A stretch of DNA of 27,891 bases from IMG/VR virus record IMGVR_UViG_3300024287_000138, positions 1-27,891 of that record; one strand, 5' to 3'. The position numbers and the translations under genes are program-made. Below the pieces are notes generated by a model that was not told the DNA's origin, did no database searches, and saw only the letters and a program-made list of their open reading frames with translations. Shown one piece after another: positions 16,601 to 25,262 of this stretch. The DNA comes from a virus (taxonomy: Duplodnaviria; Caudoviricetes). Position 1 is the first letter of the stretch, and each line of letters starts with the position of its first letter.

Positions 16601-17994
16601 GCCCTCTCTCCAACAAATTCTTCTACGCCTCCCAGCGCGCCTGGATCACCGACGACGCCCCTTTGACAATCTGCGAGAAAGGCCGCCAGCTCGGCTTCTC
16701 CTATGCCCACTCCTACAAAGTCGTCCGCCGTGCCGCCAAAGCCGGCGCCAAAGACGAATGGGTCATGTCCCGCGACGAGATCCAGGCCAAACAATTCATC
16801 CTCTACACCAAGCGCTGGGCCAACGTCCTCAAATACGCCGCCCAGGATCTCGGCGAACAAGTCTTCACCTCCGATTCCGGCAAACAAATCTGCGTCCAGG
16901 TCCTCCGCCTCGCCTCCGGCGCATCCATCTATGCACTTTCGTCCAACCCGGACGCCATCGTAGGAAAAACCGGCCACGTCACACTCGACGAATTCGCCCT
17001 GCACAAAAACCAGCGCGAACTCTACGCCGTCGCCAAACCCGTCACCCAATGGGGCGGCACACTCTCAATCATCAGCACTCATCGCGGCATCGGCACACTC
17101 TTCAACGAAATCATCCAAAAGATAAAGTCCGCCCCGTCTGACCCGTCCGACCCATCCTATCAGTCCGACTCCGCCAAATTTGCCCGCTCCTGGTCCCTCC
17201 ACTCCGTCCCCGTCCAAAAAGCCGTCGAAGAAGGCCTCGTCGAAAAGATCGACCAGGTCGCCGGCCGAAAGTCCGACACGTCCGAAAAGTCCGACCAGTC
17301 CGACCGCCGCCAGGCCTGGTTACAGCAAATCCGCGCCGAATGCATCGACGAAGAACAATGGTTGCAAGAGTATTGCTGCATCCCTGCAGACGAAGCCTCC
17401 GCCTTCCTTTCCTACGACCTCATCAGCTCCTGCGAAGACCCGGCCGCCATCCGCGACTTCAACTACCTGCTCGACGCCAAAAACCCCCTATACGTCGGCG
17501 TCGATGTTGCCCGCAAAAAAGACCTCTTCGTCATCGACGTCGGCGAACTCCAGGGCGACGTCCTCTGGGACCGCTTCCGCCTCGAGCTCCAGAACAAAAA
17601 GTTCGGCGAGCTCGAGTACGAACTCCACCGCATCCTCACCTTGCCCCAGGTCAAACGCGCCTGCATCGACGCCACCGGCATGGGCATGCAACTCGCTGAA
17701 CGCGCCAAAGACCGCTTCGGCTACCGCGTCGAACCAATCACCTTCACCCCGTCAGCCAAAGAAGAGCTCGCCTTCGGCCTCCGCGCCGCCTTCGAGGACC
17801 GCCGCCTCCGCATCGCGCGCGACGACAAACTCCGCGCCGACCTCCGCGGCATCAAAAAAGAAGTCACACTCTCCGGCAACATCCGGTTCGTCGGCGAATC
17901 CGACGACTCCCACTGCGACCGTTTCTGGGCCAAAGCCCTCCGCCACCACGCCTATCAGCTCCGTGCCGTCACTTTCTCCAGCGCCCTGATATGA
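16597..17994 (+). CDS. terL: Terminase large subunit (Mu gp28-like)
   Basis: EKGRQLGFS Walker A-like, VTLDEFA Walker B, IISTH, nuclease motifs YVGVDVARKKD, IDATGMG and HCDRFWA. Confidence 0.95.
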   Translation: MSPLSNKFFYASQRAWITDDAPLTICEKGRQLGFSYAHSYKVVRRAAKAGAKDEWVMSRDEIQAKQFILYTKRWANVLKYAAQDLGEQVFTSDSGKQICVQVLRLASGASIYALSSNPDAIVGKTGHVTLDEFALHKNQRELYAVAKPVTQWGGTLSIISTHRGIGTLFNEIIQKIKSAPSDPSDPSYQSDSAKFARSWSLHSVPVQKAVEEGLVEKIDQVAGRKSDTSEKSDQSDRRQAWLQQIRAECIDEEQWLQEYCCIPADEASAFLSYDLISSCEDPAAIRDFNYLLDAKNPLYVGVDVARKKDLFVIDVGELQGDVLWDRFRLELQNKKFGELEYELHRILTLPQVKRACIDATGMGMQLAERAKDRFGYRVEPITFTPSAKEELAFGLRAAFEDRRLRIARDDKLRADLRGIKKEVTLSGNIRFVGESDDSHCDRFWAKALRHHAYQLRAVTFSSALI

Positions 17995-18428
17995 TTTTCC
18001 CAGTTTTTATTTTCCTCTCTGCGCTCTCTGCGTTCTCTGCGGTTAAATCCTTCTACCCTTTACCGCCCATGTCGTCTGGTCCCGCGTGGGCGGCCCCGGC
18101 CGGCGGCAGTGCCTCCCCCCATCCCCACTGCCGTCCGGCCTCCCCTTTTGCTATTTGCTATTTGCTACCTGCTCGCGATTTATCGGAGTTCGCTATTCCC
18201 CCTTCGCGCCCTTTGCGTGAGACCCTGCTTTCTCTAATTCTACCTTCCCCAGGACCACGCCTTAATTGCCCCAGGACGTTTTCCGGCCTGTCAACCCCCG
18301 TCCGCTCGACAAAAGCTTGTACGCAATGCGCTCCTGGCTCACTGCAATGCGCTCCCGTGCCTCTCGTAGCTCGTCCCTCGCACCTCTCCCCTCTCACCTC
18401 ATCCCCCGGAGGTCCCGATGCCCGCTAA
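17991..18428 (+). other. Repeat-mosaic linker ORF (145 aa) spanning the terL-portal gap
   Basis: ATGA overlap with the terL stop; ends 11 nt into the portal gene; contains family A (18017-18046), TTTGCTA (18147-18195) and CCTCTCA-type (18362-18400) repeats. Confidence 0.5.
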
Positions 18429-20712
18429 ATCATCCTTCCTCTCCCGCCTCGGCCAGGCCGCCTCCTACGTCCTCCGCGGCCAGGGCGTTCCCGCCTTCTG
18501 GTTCGCCCGCGCCATCGAAATCGGCTCCCAGGAAGTTCTCGACCGCCCCTATGCCTCCTCCGCCTGGGTCCAGGCCGCCATTGCCAAGATCGCCGGCCCC
18601 GTCGCCTCCGTCCAACCCTGCTTCTTCCCTCCCGACCGGGAACTCGCCGGCCTCAAACAACCCTTGCCGCGCTCAAAACGCTTCCACCGCTCCGGCCGGC
18701 TCGTCCGCCGTTCTCTCGACGAAGAAATCTCCATCCCCGGCATGGACGCCTTCCTCCGCTCACCCATCGACGGCCTCGGCTATTCCGACTTCGTCGAAGC
18801 CTCCATTGGCTGGCTCAAGCTCGCCGGCGAAACCTTCTGGCTCATCGACGACCAGGCCATGGTCCCTTTCCCTGCTCAGCGCAAAGGCCCGCTCCCTCAA
18901 ATCATCGTCGCCAGGCCCGACCGCATGAAACATATCGTCGAGAACGGCGAGCTCGTCGGATGGCAATATCGCGACGGCCAAAACAAACCCTACAACCTCC
19001 AGCCTGACCAGGTCATCCAGCTCAAATACTGGAACCCCTACGACCGCTGGCGCGGCCTCAGCAAATACGAATCCGCTCTCATCGCCGCCGAAGGCGACTG
19101 GCTCGCCGGCAAGTTCAAACGCAACCTCATGGCCAACAACGGCGATACCGGCCCCTACATCATCGCCAAAAACGGCATCCCCACTGACCCACAGCGCGAG
19201 CAAATTCTCAACGACCTCAAAGCCAAACGCGCCGCCCAGCAACGTGGCGATTTCCGGCCCATCTTCCTCACCGGCGACATCTCCGTCGAAGACCCAAAGG
19301 TCCGCACCGTCGATGCCGCCTACATCGCCGGCCGCACCGAGGACCACCACGAAATCTTCGTCGCCTTCGACGTTCCCCCTTCCCTCGCCGACGTCAAAGC
19401 CGCCTACTCCATCGGTTCCGCCTCCGACTTCTACCAGCTCATCACCACCGGCTGCATTCCCATTGGCGAAAAATTCGCCGACGGCCTCGAGCGCCTCACC
19501 CTCAAACTTACCGGCCAGGCCGTCGAGATCCTCCTCGACTGGGACGAACACCCCGTCATGCAGGAAGTCCGCAAAGAACGCCTCGATTCCGTCGATAAGC
19601 TCTGGACCAAGGGCATGCCCATGGAACAAATCTCCGACTACCTCGGCCTCGAACTCCCCGAATTCCTGGGCTGGGACGTCGGCTATCTCCCCTTCAGCGT
19701 CGCGCCCGTCTCCTCCGCCGAATCTCAGCAACCCGCCGTTCCTCCATCCCAGGATCAGGATCTCAGCGAAATGCCCTCCGCCGGCGAACCTTCATCTCCT
19801 ATCGGCGAAATGCTCGCCGCCCTCCGCCGCCGTCCGTCCGACCCGTCCGACCCGTCCGACTCTTCCGATCCGCACCCGCGCCAGCGCTCCCCCAAAAATC
19901 TCGCCCTGTGGGAATCCCACATGCGCAAACGCGCCCCATCGATCAAAGCACTCCGCTCCAAATCCGCCCGCGTCATCAACGATTGGCGCGTCTCCACCCT
20001 TCGCAAATTCGAATCCTACGCCTCAGCCCACAAATCAAAAACCGCCGCAGATGGAAACTCCTCTGCGCTCTCTGCGTTCTCTGCGGTTAATAAATCTCTA
20101 ATCGACTTCCTTTTCGACGCCGCACACTCCGGCAAAGAATTCTTCCTCCAAATCTCCCCTGTCCTCCAATCCGTCGTCCAGACCGCCGGCGACCAGCTCA
20201 ATGAAGAAATCGGCATTGACGATCCCTGGAAATATCCACCCGCCAAATCCATCGAATTCATCGCCTCACGCAAAGGCGCTCTCCAGGGCGTCGCTGACAC
20301 CGCCCGCGACCAGCTCAACACCGCCATCCAAAACGGCCTCAAAGAAGGCAAGACCATGGACCAGCTCGCCGACGACATCCGTGGCGTCTTCAATAACCTC
20401 GGCCGCTACGAAGCCGACCGCATCGCCCGCACCGAAACCACTGTCGCCTATGGTTTCGCTCGCGATGCCGCCATGCGCGACGCCGGCGTAGAATTCAAAT
20501 CCTGGCTCAGCTCCCACGGCCCCAACGTCCGTCCCGACCACGCCGATGCCGAGGTCGAATACGAAGCCAGCCCCATTCCTCTCGACGACCCCTTCATCGT
20601 CGGCGGCGAAGAACTCATGTATCCCGGCGACCCGGCCGGCAGCCCCGGCAACATCATCAACTGCCAATGCGTCTCCGGCCCCGTCCTCGCCGAGGAAAAG
20701 GAGCAATCATGA
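18418..20712 (+). CDS. HK97-type portal protein fused to a MuF (SPP1 gp7-like) head morphogenesis domain
   Basis: Portal motifs WVQAAIAKIA, LKLAGETFW, ARPDRMK, NPYDRWRGLS, FDVPPSL; MuF motifs ADRIARTET, KSWLS...VRPDH, LMYPGDP...NIINCQC. Confidence 0.9.
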   Translation: MPAKSSFLSRLGQAASYVLRGQGVPAFWFARAIEIGSQEVLDRPYASSAWVQAAIAKIAGPVASVQPCFFPPDRELAGLKQPLPRSKRFHRSGRLVRRSLDEEISIPGMDAFLRSPIDGLGYSDFVEASIGWLKLAGETFWLIDDQAMVPFPAQRKGPLPQIIVARPDRMKHIVENGELVGWQYRDGQNKPYNLQPDQVIQLKYWNPYDRWRGLSKYESALIAAEGDWLAGKFKRNLMANNGDTGPYIIAKNGIPTDPQREQILNDLKAKRAAQQRGDFRPIFLTGDISVEDPKVRTVDAAYIAGRTEDHHEIFVAFDVPPSLADVKAAYSIGSASDFYQLITTGCIPIGEKFADGLERLTLKLTGQAVEILLDWDEHPVMQEVRKERLDSVDKLWTKGMPMEQISDYLGLELPEFLGWDVGYLPFSVAPVSSAESQQPAVPPSQDQDLSEMPSAGEPSSPIGEMLAALRRRPSDPSDPSDSSDPHPRQRSPKNLALWESHMRKRAPSIKALRSKSARVINDWRVSTLRKFESYASAHKSKTAADGNSSALSAFSAVNKSLIDFLFDAAHSGKEFFLQISPVLQSVVQTAGDQLNEEIGIDDPWKYPPAKSIEFIASRKGALQGVADTARDQLNTAIQNGLKEGKTMDQLADDIRGVFNNLGRYEADRIARTETTVAYGFARDAAMRDAGVEFKSWLSSHGPNVRPDHADAEVEYEASPIPLDDPFIVGGEELMYPGDPAGSPGNIINCQCVSGPVLAEEKEQS

Positions 20713-20762
20713 TCCTCTCTCTGCGTTCTCTGCGTTCTCTGCGGTTAATTCCTTTCTTGTGA
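20709..20762 (+). other. Repeat-built linker mini-ORF (MILSLRSLRSLRLIPFL)
   Basis: ATGA overlap with the portal stop and GTGA overlap with the next ORF; family-A repeat inside. Confidence 0.6.
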
Positions 20763-20947
20763 ACCAGCGCCGCCTCAAACAAAAACTTCCGCGCTCCTGG
20801 ACAATTTCCCGCTCCGGCCGCGATCTCCACGTCACCACCGACCAGGGCGCCGTCTTCCGCGTCAACAAAGACGCCCGCTGGACCGAAGAAGACCTCGCCC
20901 TTTACCTCAAATCCAAAATCCCCATCCAAATCCATCGCCATGATTAA
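20759..20947 (+). CDS. Small hypothetical protein
   Basis: GTG start, 62 aa, C-ending codon usage like other late genes; overlaps the protease start by 8 nt. Confidence 0.6.
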   Translation: MNQRRLKQKLPRSWTISRSGRDLHVTTDQGAVFRVNKDARWTEEDLALYLKSKIPIQIHRHD

Positions 20948-21617
20948 GCGCACCCTCCATCCAGAAGTCCGCATCCTAGACGAAAAACTCGGCCTCGCCT
21001 CCTATATCGCCTCCGACGAATCCATCGACTCCTACAAAGAAGTCATCCGCGCCGATGGCTGGCGCTTCGATCACTTCCAGAAAAATTCCCCCTTCGTCGA
21101 TTCCCACAACTACGGCACCATCGCCCGGCTCGTCGGCAAAGTCGTCGATTTCCAGGTCAAAGGCCGCGAGCTTCACGAAACCGTCCAATGGGCCATCGAC
21201 GTCCCCGAAAACGATCTCGCCCGCATCGGCTGGTCCATGACCAGGGGCGGCTACCTCAAAGCCGTCTCCGTCGGCTTCTTCCCCGAAAAACTCGTCTCTG
21301 TCTATGACCGCGACCTCGGCCCCTATCGCGACGAGCTCAAAGCTCTCCACTACGAAGAAGGCAAATCCGCCCCGCGCGTCGTCTATCAGCAGCAACAGCA
21401 AATCGAGCTCTCCGCCTGCATCGTCGGCGCCAACCCCAATGCCCTCGCCAAATCCTACAAACTCGGCCTCTTGACAGATGCCGACCTTGATTTACTATCG
21501 TCCCAACAGCGTGAATACGCTTCTTCGGCTGTAGATGCCGCTGTCGCCGAAGAAGCCCGTCAGCGGACTCGCCTCTCGTTTCTCGATAGTTTCGCTCGCG
21601 CACTCAAAGCGCTTTAG
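20940..21617 (+). CDS. HK97-type prohead protease
   Basis: ASDESIDSYKEVI, FVDSH (His), GYLKAVSVGF (Ser), and IELSACIVGANPNA. Confidence 0.9.
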   Translation: MIKRTLHPEVRILDEKLGLASYIASDESIDSYKEVIRADGWRFDHFQKNSPFVDSHNYGTIARLVGKVVDFQVKGRELHETVQWAIDVPENDLARIGWSMTRGGYLKAVSVGFFPEKLVSVYDRDLGPYRDELKALHYEEGKSAPRVVYQQQQQIELSACIVGANPNALAKSYKLGLLTDADLDLLSSQQREYASSAVDAAVAEEARQRTRLSFLDSFARALKAL

Positions 21618-21663
21618 TTCAGTTCCCAACCATCAACTCAAACTCATTCTCTCCATCAACTCT

Positions 21664-23019
21664 ATGAATCCACTTCCTGAAACCGACTTCCAGCAAACCG
21701 TCCTCCGCGGCGTCGAGTCCCTCCAGACCGAACAAAAAGCCCACAAGACCCGCATCGACGAAGTCTATGCCAACTTCGATCGCACCGATAAAGAGGTCAA
21801 AAAAGTCACCGACGAACTCACCGTCGCCAAAAACAAAATGAACGAGACCTGGGAGGCGACCATGAAACGGATCGAAAAGGTCCAGCAAGCCGTCGCCCGC
21901 AATGTCCGCTCCTCCTGGCGTGACCCCATCGAACAGCTTCTCGATAGCAACGAGGAAACTCGTTTCTACCTCAATGCTCTTGCTCGTTATTGCAATGGCC
22001 TGAAGGACGGAACCGTCAATCGGTTATCCGGCGAAATGCGAAAAGTCGTCGAGGAAGGCACCGCCTCCTTCAAAGCCCTCACCGGCGTCGATTCCTCCCT
22101 CGGACAGGCCACCGTTCCTACCCAGACCTTCAACGAGATTTATGATCTCTTGCTCGAGTACGGCGATTGGTCCGGCCTCGGCGTTCAGCGCGTCGGCGCT
22201 CGCACCACCGTCCTGCCCGTCGGAACCGCCCGCCCGCAATTCTACTGGATCGGCTCGGGCACCGGTGGCACTGGCGAAGGTTCGGCCATTACCGAAGGCG
22301 CTTTCACCGGCTCCTCTGTCAGCCTCATCATCCAAACCCTGGCCGCCTATCTTCTGGTCGCGCGCGAGCTCCTGGCAGATTCCACCGTTGACCTGGCTCC
22401 CTACATCCTCCGCGAGATGGTCCAGGCCGTCGCCTTCGGTCTCGATACCGCCGCTTTCATCAGCGCCGGCGTTGCCAACCAGACCGATGCCGGCTACTAC
22501 GGCATCTTCAAGGCCGACTCCGTCAACGCCAACCTCGCCGCGGGCGCGGCCGCCGGCGGCACCAAAGTCTCCAAGCTCCTCCTGGACGACTTCGTCAACT
22601 GCCTCACCACCGTTTCGCCCATCGTCCTCAAGCGCAAACCCAAGTGGTGGATGCATCCCCAGGTCCTCGCCAGCATCGCCCTCATCCGCGACACTGTCGG
22701 TCGCCCCATCTTCCAGACCTGGCAGGAAGTCCCCAGCGGCACTCTAGCCTCCATCCTCGGCTATCCCGTCGTTTCCACCGCCGTCGCGCCCACTGCCGCC
22801 CTCACCACCATCAGCTCTCCGGCCGCCGTGTTCGGCGACCCCATGGGCCAGGCCGTCGGCATCCGCTCCGACCTCGAGCTCGCCACCTCCGACGACATCA
22901 AGTTCGCCGAAAACATGCGCGCCTATCGCACTCTCATCCGCGCCGGCGTCAAACTCAAAACCGCCACCGCCAGCATAACCCTCAAACCCTTCGCCGTCCT
23001 CAAAACCGCTGCCGCCTAA
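21664..23019 (+). CDS. HK97-fold major capsid protein with N-terminal coiled-coil (delta) domain
   Basis: Start ATG 21664; coiled-coil N-terminus, ATVPTQTFNEI, RELLADS, WWMHP, RDTVGRPIF, ILGYPVV, VFGD. Confidence 0.93.
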   Translation: MNPLPETDFQQTVLRGVESLQTEQKAHKTRIDEVYANFDRTDKEVKKVTDELTVAKNKMNETWEATMKRIEKVQQAVARNVRSSWRDPIEQLLDSNEETRFYLNALARYCNGLKDGTVNRLSGEMRKVVEEGTASFKALTGVDSSLGQATVPTQTFNEIYDLLLEYGDWSGLGVQRVGARTTVLPVGTARPQFYWIGSGTGGTGEGSAITEGAFTGSSVSLIIQTLAAYLLVARELLADSTVDLAPYILREMVQAVAFGLDTAAFISAGVANQTDAGYYGIFKADSVNANLAAGAAAGGTKVSKLLLDDFVNCLTTVSPIVLKRKPKWWMHPQVLASIALIRDTVGRPIFQTWQEVPSGTLASILGYPVVSTAVAPTAALTTISSPAAVFGDPMGQAVGIRSDLELATSDDIKFAENMRAYRTLIRAGVKLKTATASITLKPFAVLKTAAA

Positions 23020-23028
23020 CCCTAAATT

Positions 23029-23075
23029 CCTCTCCCCGCCTTCTCCCATCCCATGGGAGATGGCCGGGGTTGAGG
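23029..23075 (+). terminator. GC-rich hairpin after the capsid gene (terminator/RNA stabiliser or REP-like palindrome)
   Basis: TCTCCCAT-ccc-ATGGGAGA core with an extended outer stem; no clear U-tract. Confidence 0.4.
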
Positions 23076-23117
23076 GCTTCAACTATCAACTCATCAAACT
23101 ATCAACTCTCAACACCA

Positions 23118-23558
23118 ATGAAAAAACTCCTCCTCTCTGCGTTCTGCGCGTTCTCTGCGGTTATTCCCGCTTACTCCCAACTCTACGACACCTCCCAGCT
23201 CGTCAACAACATCGCCATCGCCTCCGGTGGCTCTTCCAACGTCGCTGCCGTCGTCGGCTGCACCCGCTACGACGAGTTCGCCCTCCAGATCAACTTCAAG
23301 CTCATGGCCTCCGGCACCGACCCCGTCACCTTCACCTGGTGTACTTCCAATGACGGCGTCACCTACTGCACCACCGGTTCAGGCCAGGGCACATTCACCG
23401 TCGCCGCTAATGGCACCACGCCCGTCGTTTTCACCACCAACATGGTCATGAACTCCGTCGGCTACTTCCAAATCAGTTCCATCGCCGGCAGTACCAACGC
23501 CATCACCACCAACCTCACCGTCAACGCCTTCTTCAAACCCAGAAAGCGCGGTCCATAA
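23118..23558 (+). CDS. Beta-rich protein with apparent signal peptide in head-decoration position
   Basis: Start ATG 23118; MKKLLLSAFCAFSAVIPAYS-Q; beta-sandwich-like body with a TSNDGVTY motif. Confidence 0.75.
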   Translation: MKKLLLSAFCAFSAVIPAYSQLYDTSQLVNNIAIASGGSSNVAAVVGCTRYDEFALQINFKLMASGTDPVTFTWCTSNDGVTYCTTGSGQGTFTVAANGTTPVVFTTNMVMNSVGYFQISSIAGSTNAITTNLTVNAFFKPRKRGP

Positions 23559-23569
23559 TCTGAGGAACC

Positions 23570-23612
23570 AGGTCCGGCGGCGGTTTTCCTCCTTTTTCCC
23601 GCCGCCGGGCCT
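23570..23612 (+). terminator. 14-bp hairpin with pyrimidine loop
   Basis: AGGTCCGGCGGCGG / CCGCCGCCGGGCCT immediately after the 23558 stop. Confidence 0.4.
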
Positions 23613-23659
23613 TCTCCTCAACTATCAACTCTCCAACACCATCAACCATCAACTAACCA

Positions 23660-23872
23660 ATGAGCCGCACCTTCAAAGACGCCAAAGACCGCATGGTCCA
23701 TTCCGACGCTACCGAAACCCGCTCCTCGTCCCTCGCCCCTCGTCCCTCTCGCCTCCGTAACTGGGGCTACTGCCAGACCTGCGGCGGCTTCATCCGCCGA
23801 CTCGGCAAATCCTGGGAGCATGATGGCCAGCGCCCGAACCATCCCGCGAAGCCGCTACCTTTCGAAGAATAA
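23660..23872 (+). CDS. Small hypothetical protein (CxxC...H...H)
   Basis: 70 aa; ATG follows a CAACTAT/CAACCAT repeat; in-frame 7-mer repeat at 23724-23752. Confidence 0.5.
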   Translation: MSRTFKDAKDRMVHSDATETRSSSLAPRPSRLRNWGYCQTCGGFIRRLGKSWEHDGQRPNHPAKPLPFEE

Positions 23873-23944
23873 CTCCCACCTCGCAACCTCGATGAACTCT
23901 GTTTCCCATTTCAGGTTTCAGCTTTCAGGTTTCAGCTTTTCCCC

Positions 23945-24604
23945 ATGATCGCCGGCCTCACCAACCTCGACACCCTCAAAAAAGCTATCCTGCCCTCCTC
24001 CATGGCGGCAGAGACCAAATTCGATCTCATGCTCCAGGTCGTCGGCCTCGGCGTCGCCGGCCTCTTCGATTCTTTCTGCAATCGCCGTCTCGCCTGGCAG
24101 GCCGCCGATAACATCGTCTTCTCTGGCGATCGCCCGCATTACTACCTCCCGCGCTTTCCCATCTCCGGCATCACCAAGATCGAAATGCGCTATTTCCAGA
24201 CCGACTCCTGGACCGAGATCACCGGTCAACCCATCTCCGTCAATTACGAAAACGGCCTCGTCCATTTCGGCTACACCCTCGGCCGCAACCCACTCGTCGT
24301 CCGCGCCACCTGGGACGGCGGCTACTGGTTCGAGACCCTCGAACCCGATGACGCCGCCTATCCAAGCACTTCGCCCGCCGTCACCGATCCCCTGGCCCTC
24401 GCCAATGGCGGCTCCGTTGCTCCGCTCCCCGGCGTCCTACGCGCCGCCTTCCTTCTTCAATGCGAAGCCGTCTGGGCCGCCCGCGACAAACTCGGTCTCG
24501 GTCTCACCGACAAACCCGGCGAACAATCCGGTATCACCAAACTCGATCTGTCGCCCCTCATCAAAACCATGCTCCAGCCCTTCATCCGCTATCAGCTCTC
24601 ATGA
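23945..24604 (+). CDS. Head-tail connector/adaptor (gp6-like)
   Basis: LTNLDTLK...FDSFCNRRL, YLPRFPI, VRATWDGGY, LPGVLRAAFL, IKTMLQPF; position after the capsid genes. Confidence 0.8.
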   Translation: MIAGLTNLDTLKKAILPSSMAAETKFDLMLQVVGLGVAGLFDSFCNRRLAWQAADNIVFSGDRPHYYLPRFPISGITKIEMRYFQTDSWTEITGQPISVNYENGLVHFGYTLGRNPLVVRATWDGGYWFETLEPDDAAYPSTSPAVTDPLALANGGSVAPLPGVLRAAFLLQCEAVWAARDKLGLGLTDKPGEQSGITKLDLSPLIKTMLQPFIRYQLS

Positions 24605-24697
24605 AGTCACCCCTTAGAGGCCCCGAGCCGTGTCAGACTGGTCCTACTGGTCTGACACGTCCGAGCCTTCAGCTTTCAGATTTCAGATTTTCCTAGC

Positions 24698-25210
24698 ATG
24701 CAGCTCAAAATCCAACTAACTCCCGAAGCCCAGGCGACTCTCCGCGCCGTCCAACGTCTGCCCCAGACCGCCCTCGTCGAAATCGCCAAAGCCATGGACC
24801 GCCAGAACGTCGCCACCGTCTTCCACATCCAGCGCGAATATCTCAGCTTTCCAAAGGACCAACCTCCGGTCGAAATGGGCCTGCGCCACGTCTCCGGCCG
24901 ATTGAAGAACTCTATCCACCCCAGCAAAGCCGAAGTCTCCGGCCAGAGCGTCACCGGCGCCATCGGTTCCAACGTCGTTTACGCCGCCATCCACGAATTC
25001 GGCGGCCACACCTCTCCCCACGACATCTATCCCAAAAACAAAGTCGCCCTCAAATTCCAGCTCGGCGAACGCACTGTCTTCGCCAAAGTCGTCCATCATC
25101 CCGGCTCCGAGATCCCCGCCCGCGCTCCCATCCAGCACGGCATCCAGGACCGCCTCGACAACTACTCCAAGGCCATCTCCGACGCCATCATCAACGCCCT
25201 CAACCAATGA
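24698..25210 (+). CDS. Virion morphogenesis/neck protein (Mu gpG / HK97 gp10-like)
   Basis: SGRLKNSI, GSNVVYAAIHEFGG, VHHPG.EIPARAPI motifs. Confidence 0.85.
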   Translation: MQLKIQLTPEAQATLRAVQRLPQTALVEIAKAMDRQNVATVFHIQREYLSFPKDQPPVEMGLRHVSGRLKNSIHPSKAEVSGQSVTGAIGSNVVYAAIHEFGGHTSPHDIYPKNKVALKFQLGERTVFAKVVHHPGSEIPARAPIQHGIQDRLDNYSKAISDAIINALNQ

Positions 25211-25262
25211 CTGACTATCTTTCCGATTTCAGCTTTCAGGTTTCAGGTTTCAGCTTTTCCCC

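Larger units (their letters stand above)
5963..18195 (+). repeat. Family B dispersed repeat: (TTTGCTA)n-TTGGCTA
   Basis: Copies at 5963-5991, 8737-8771, 15807-15834, 18147-18195. Confidence 0.93.
6217..23752 (+). repeat. Family C dispersed repeat: CCTCGCC/CCTCGTC/CCTCTCA 7-mers
   Basis: Copies near 6217, 11006, 12874, 14633, 15496, 18362, 23724. Confidence 0.88.
6251..24667 (+). repeat. Family D dispersed repeat: (nnGTCCGAC)4 9-mers
   Basis: Copies at 6251-6286, 8441-8476, 17134-17169, 17269-17304, 19834-19869, about 24632-24667; 10-mer variant at 10971. Confidence 0.9.
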
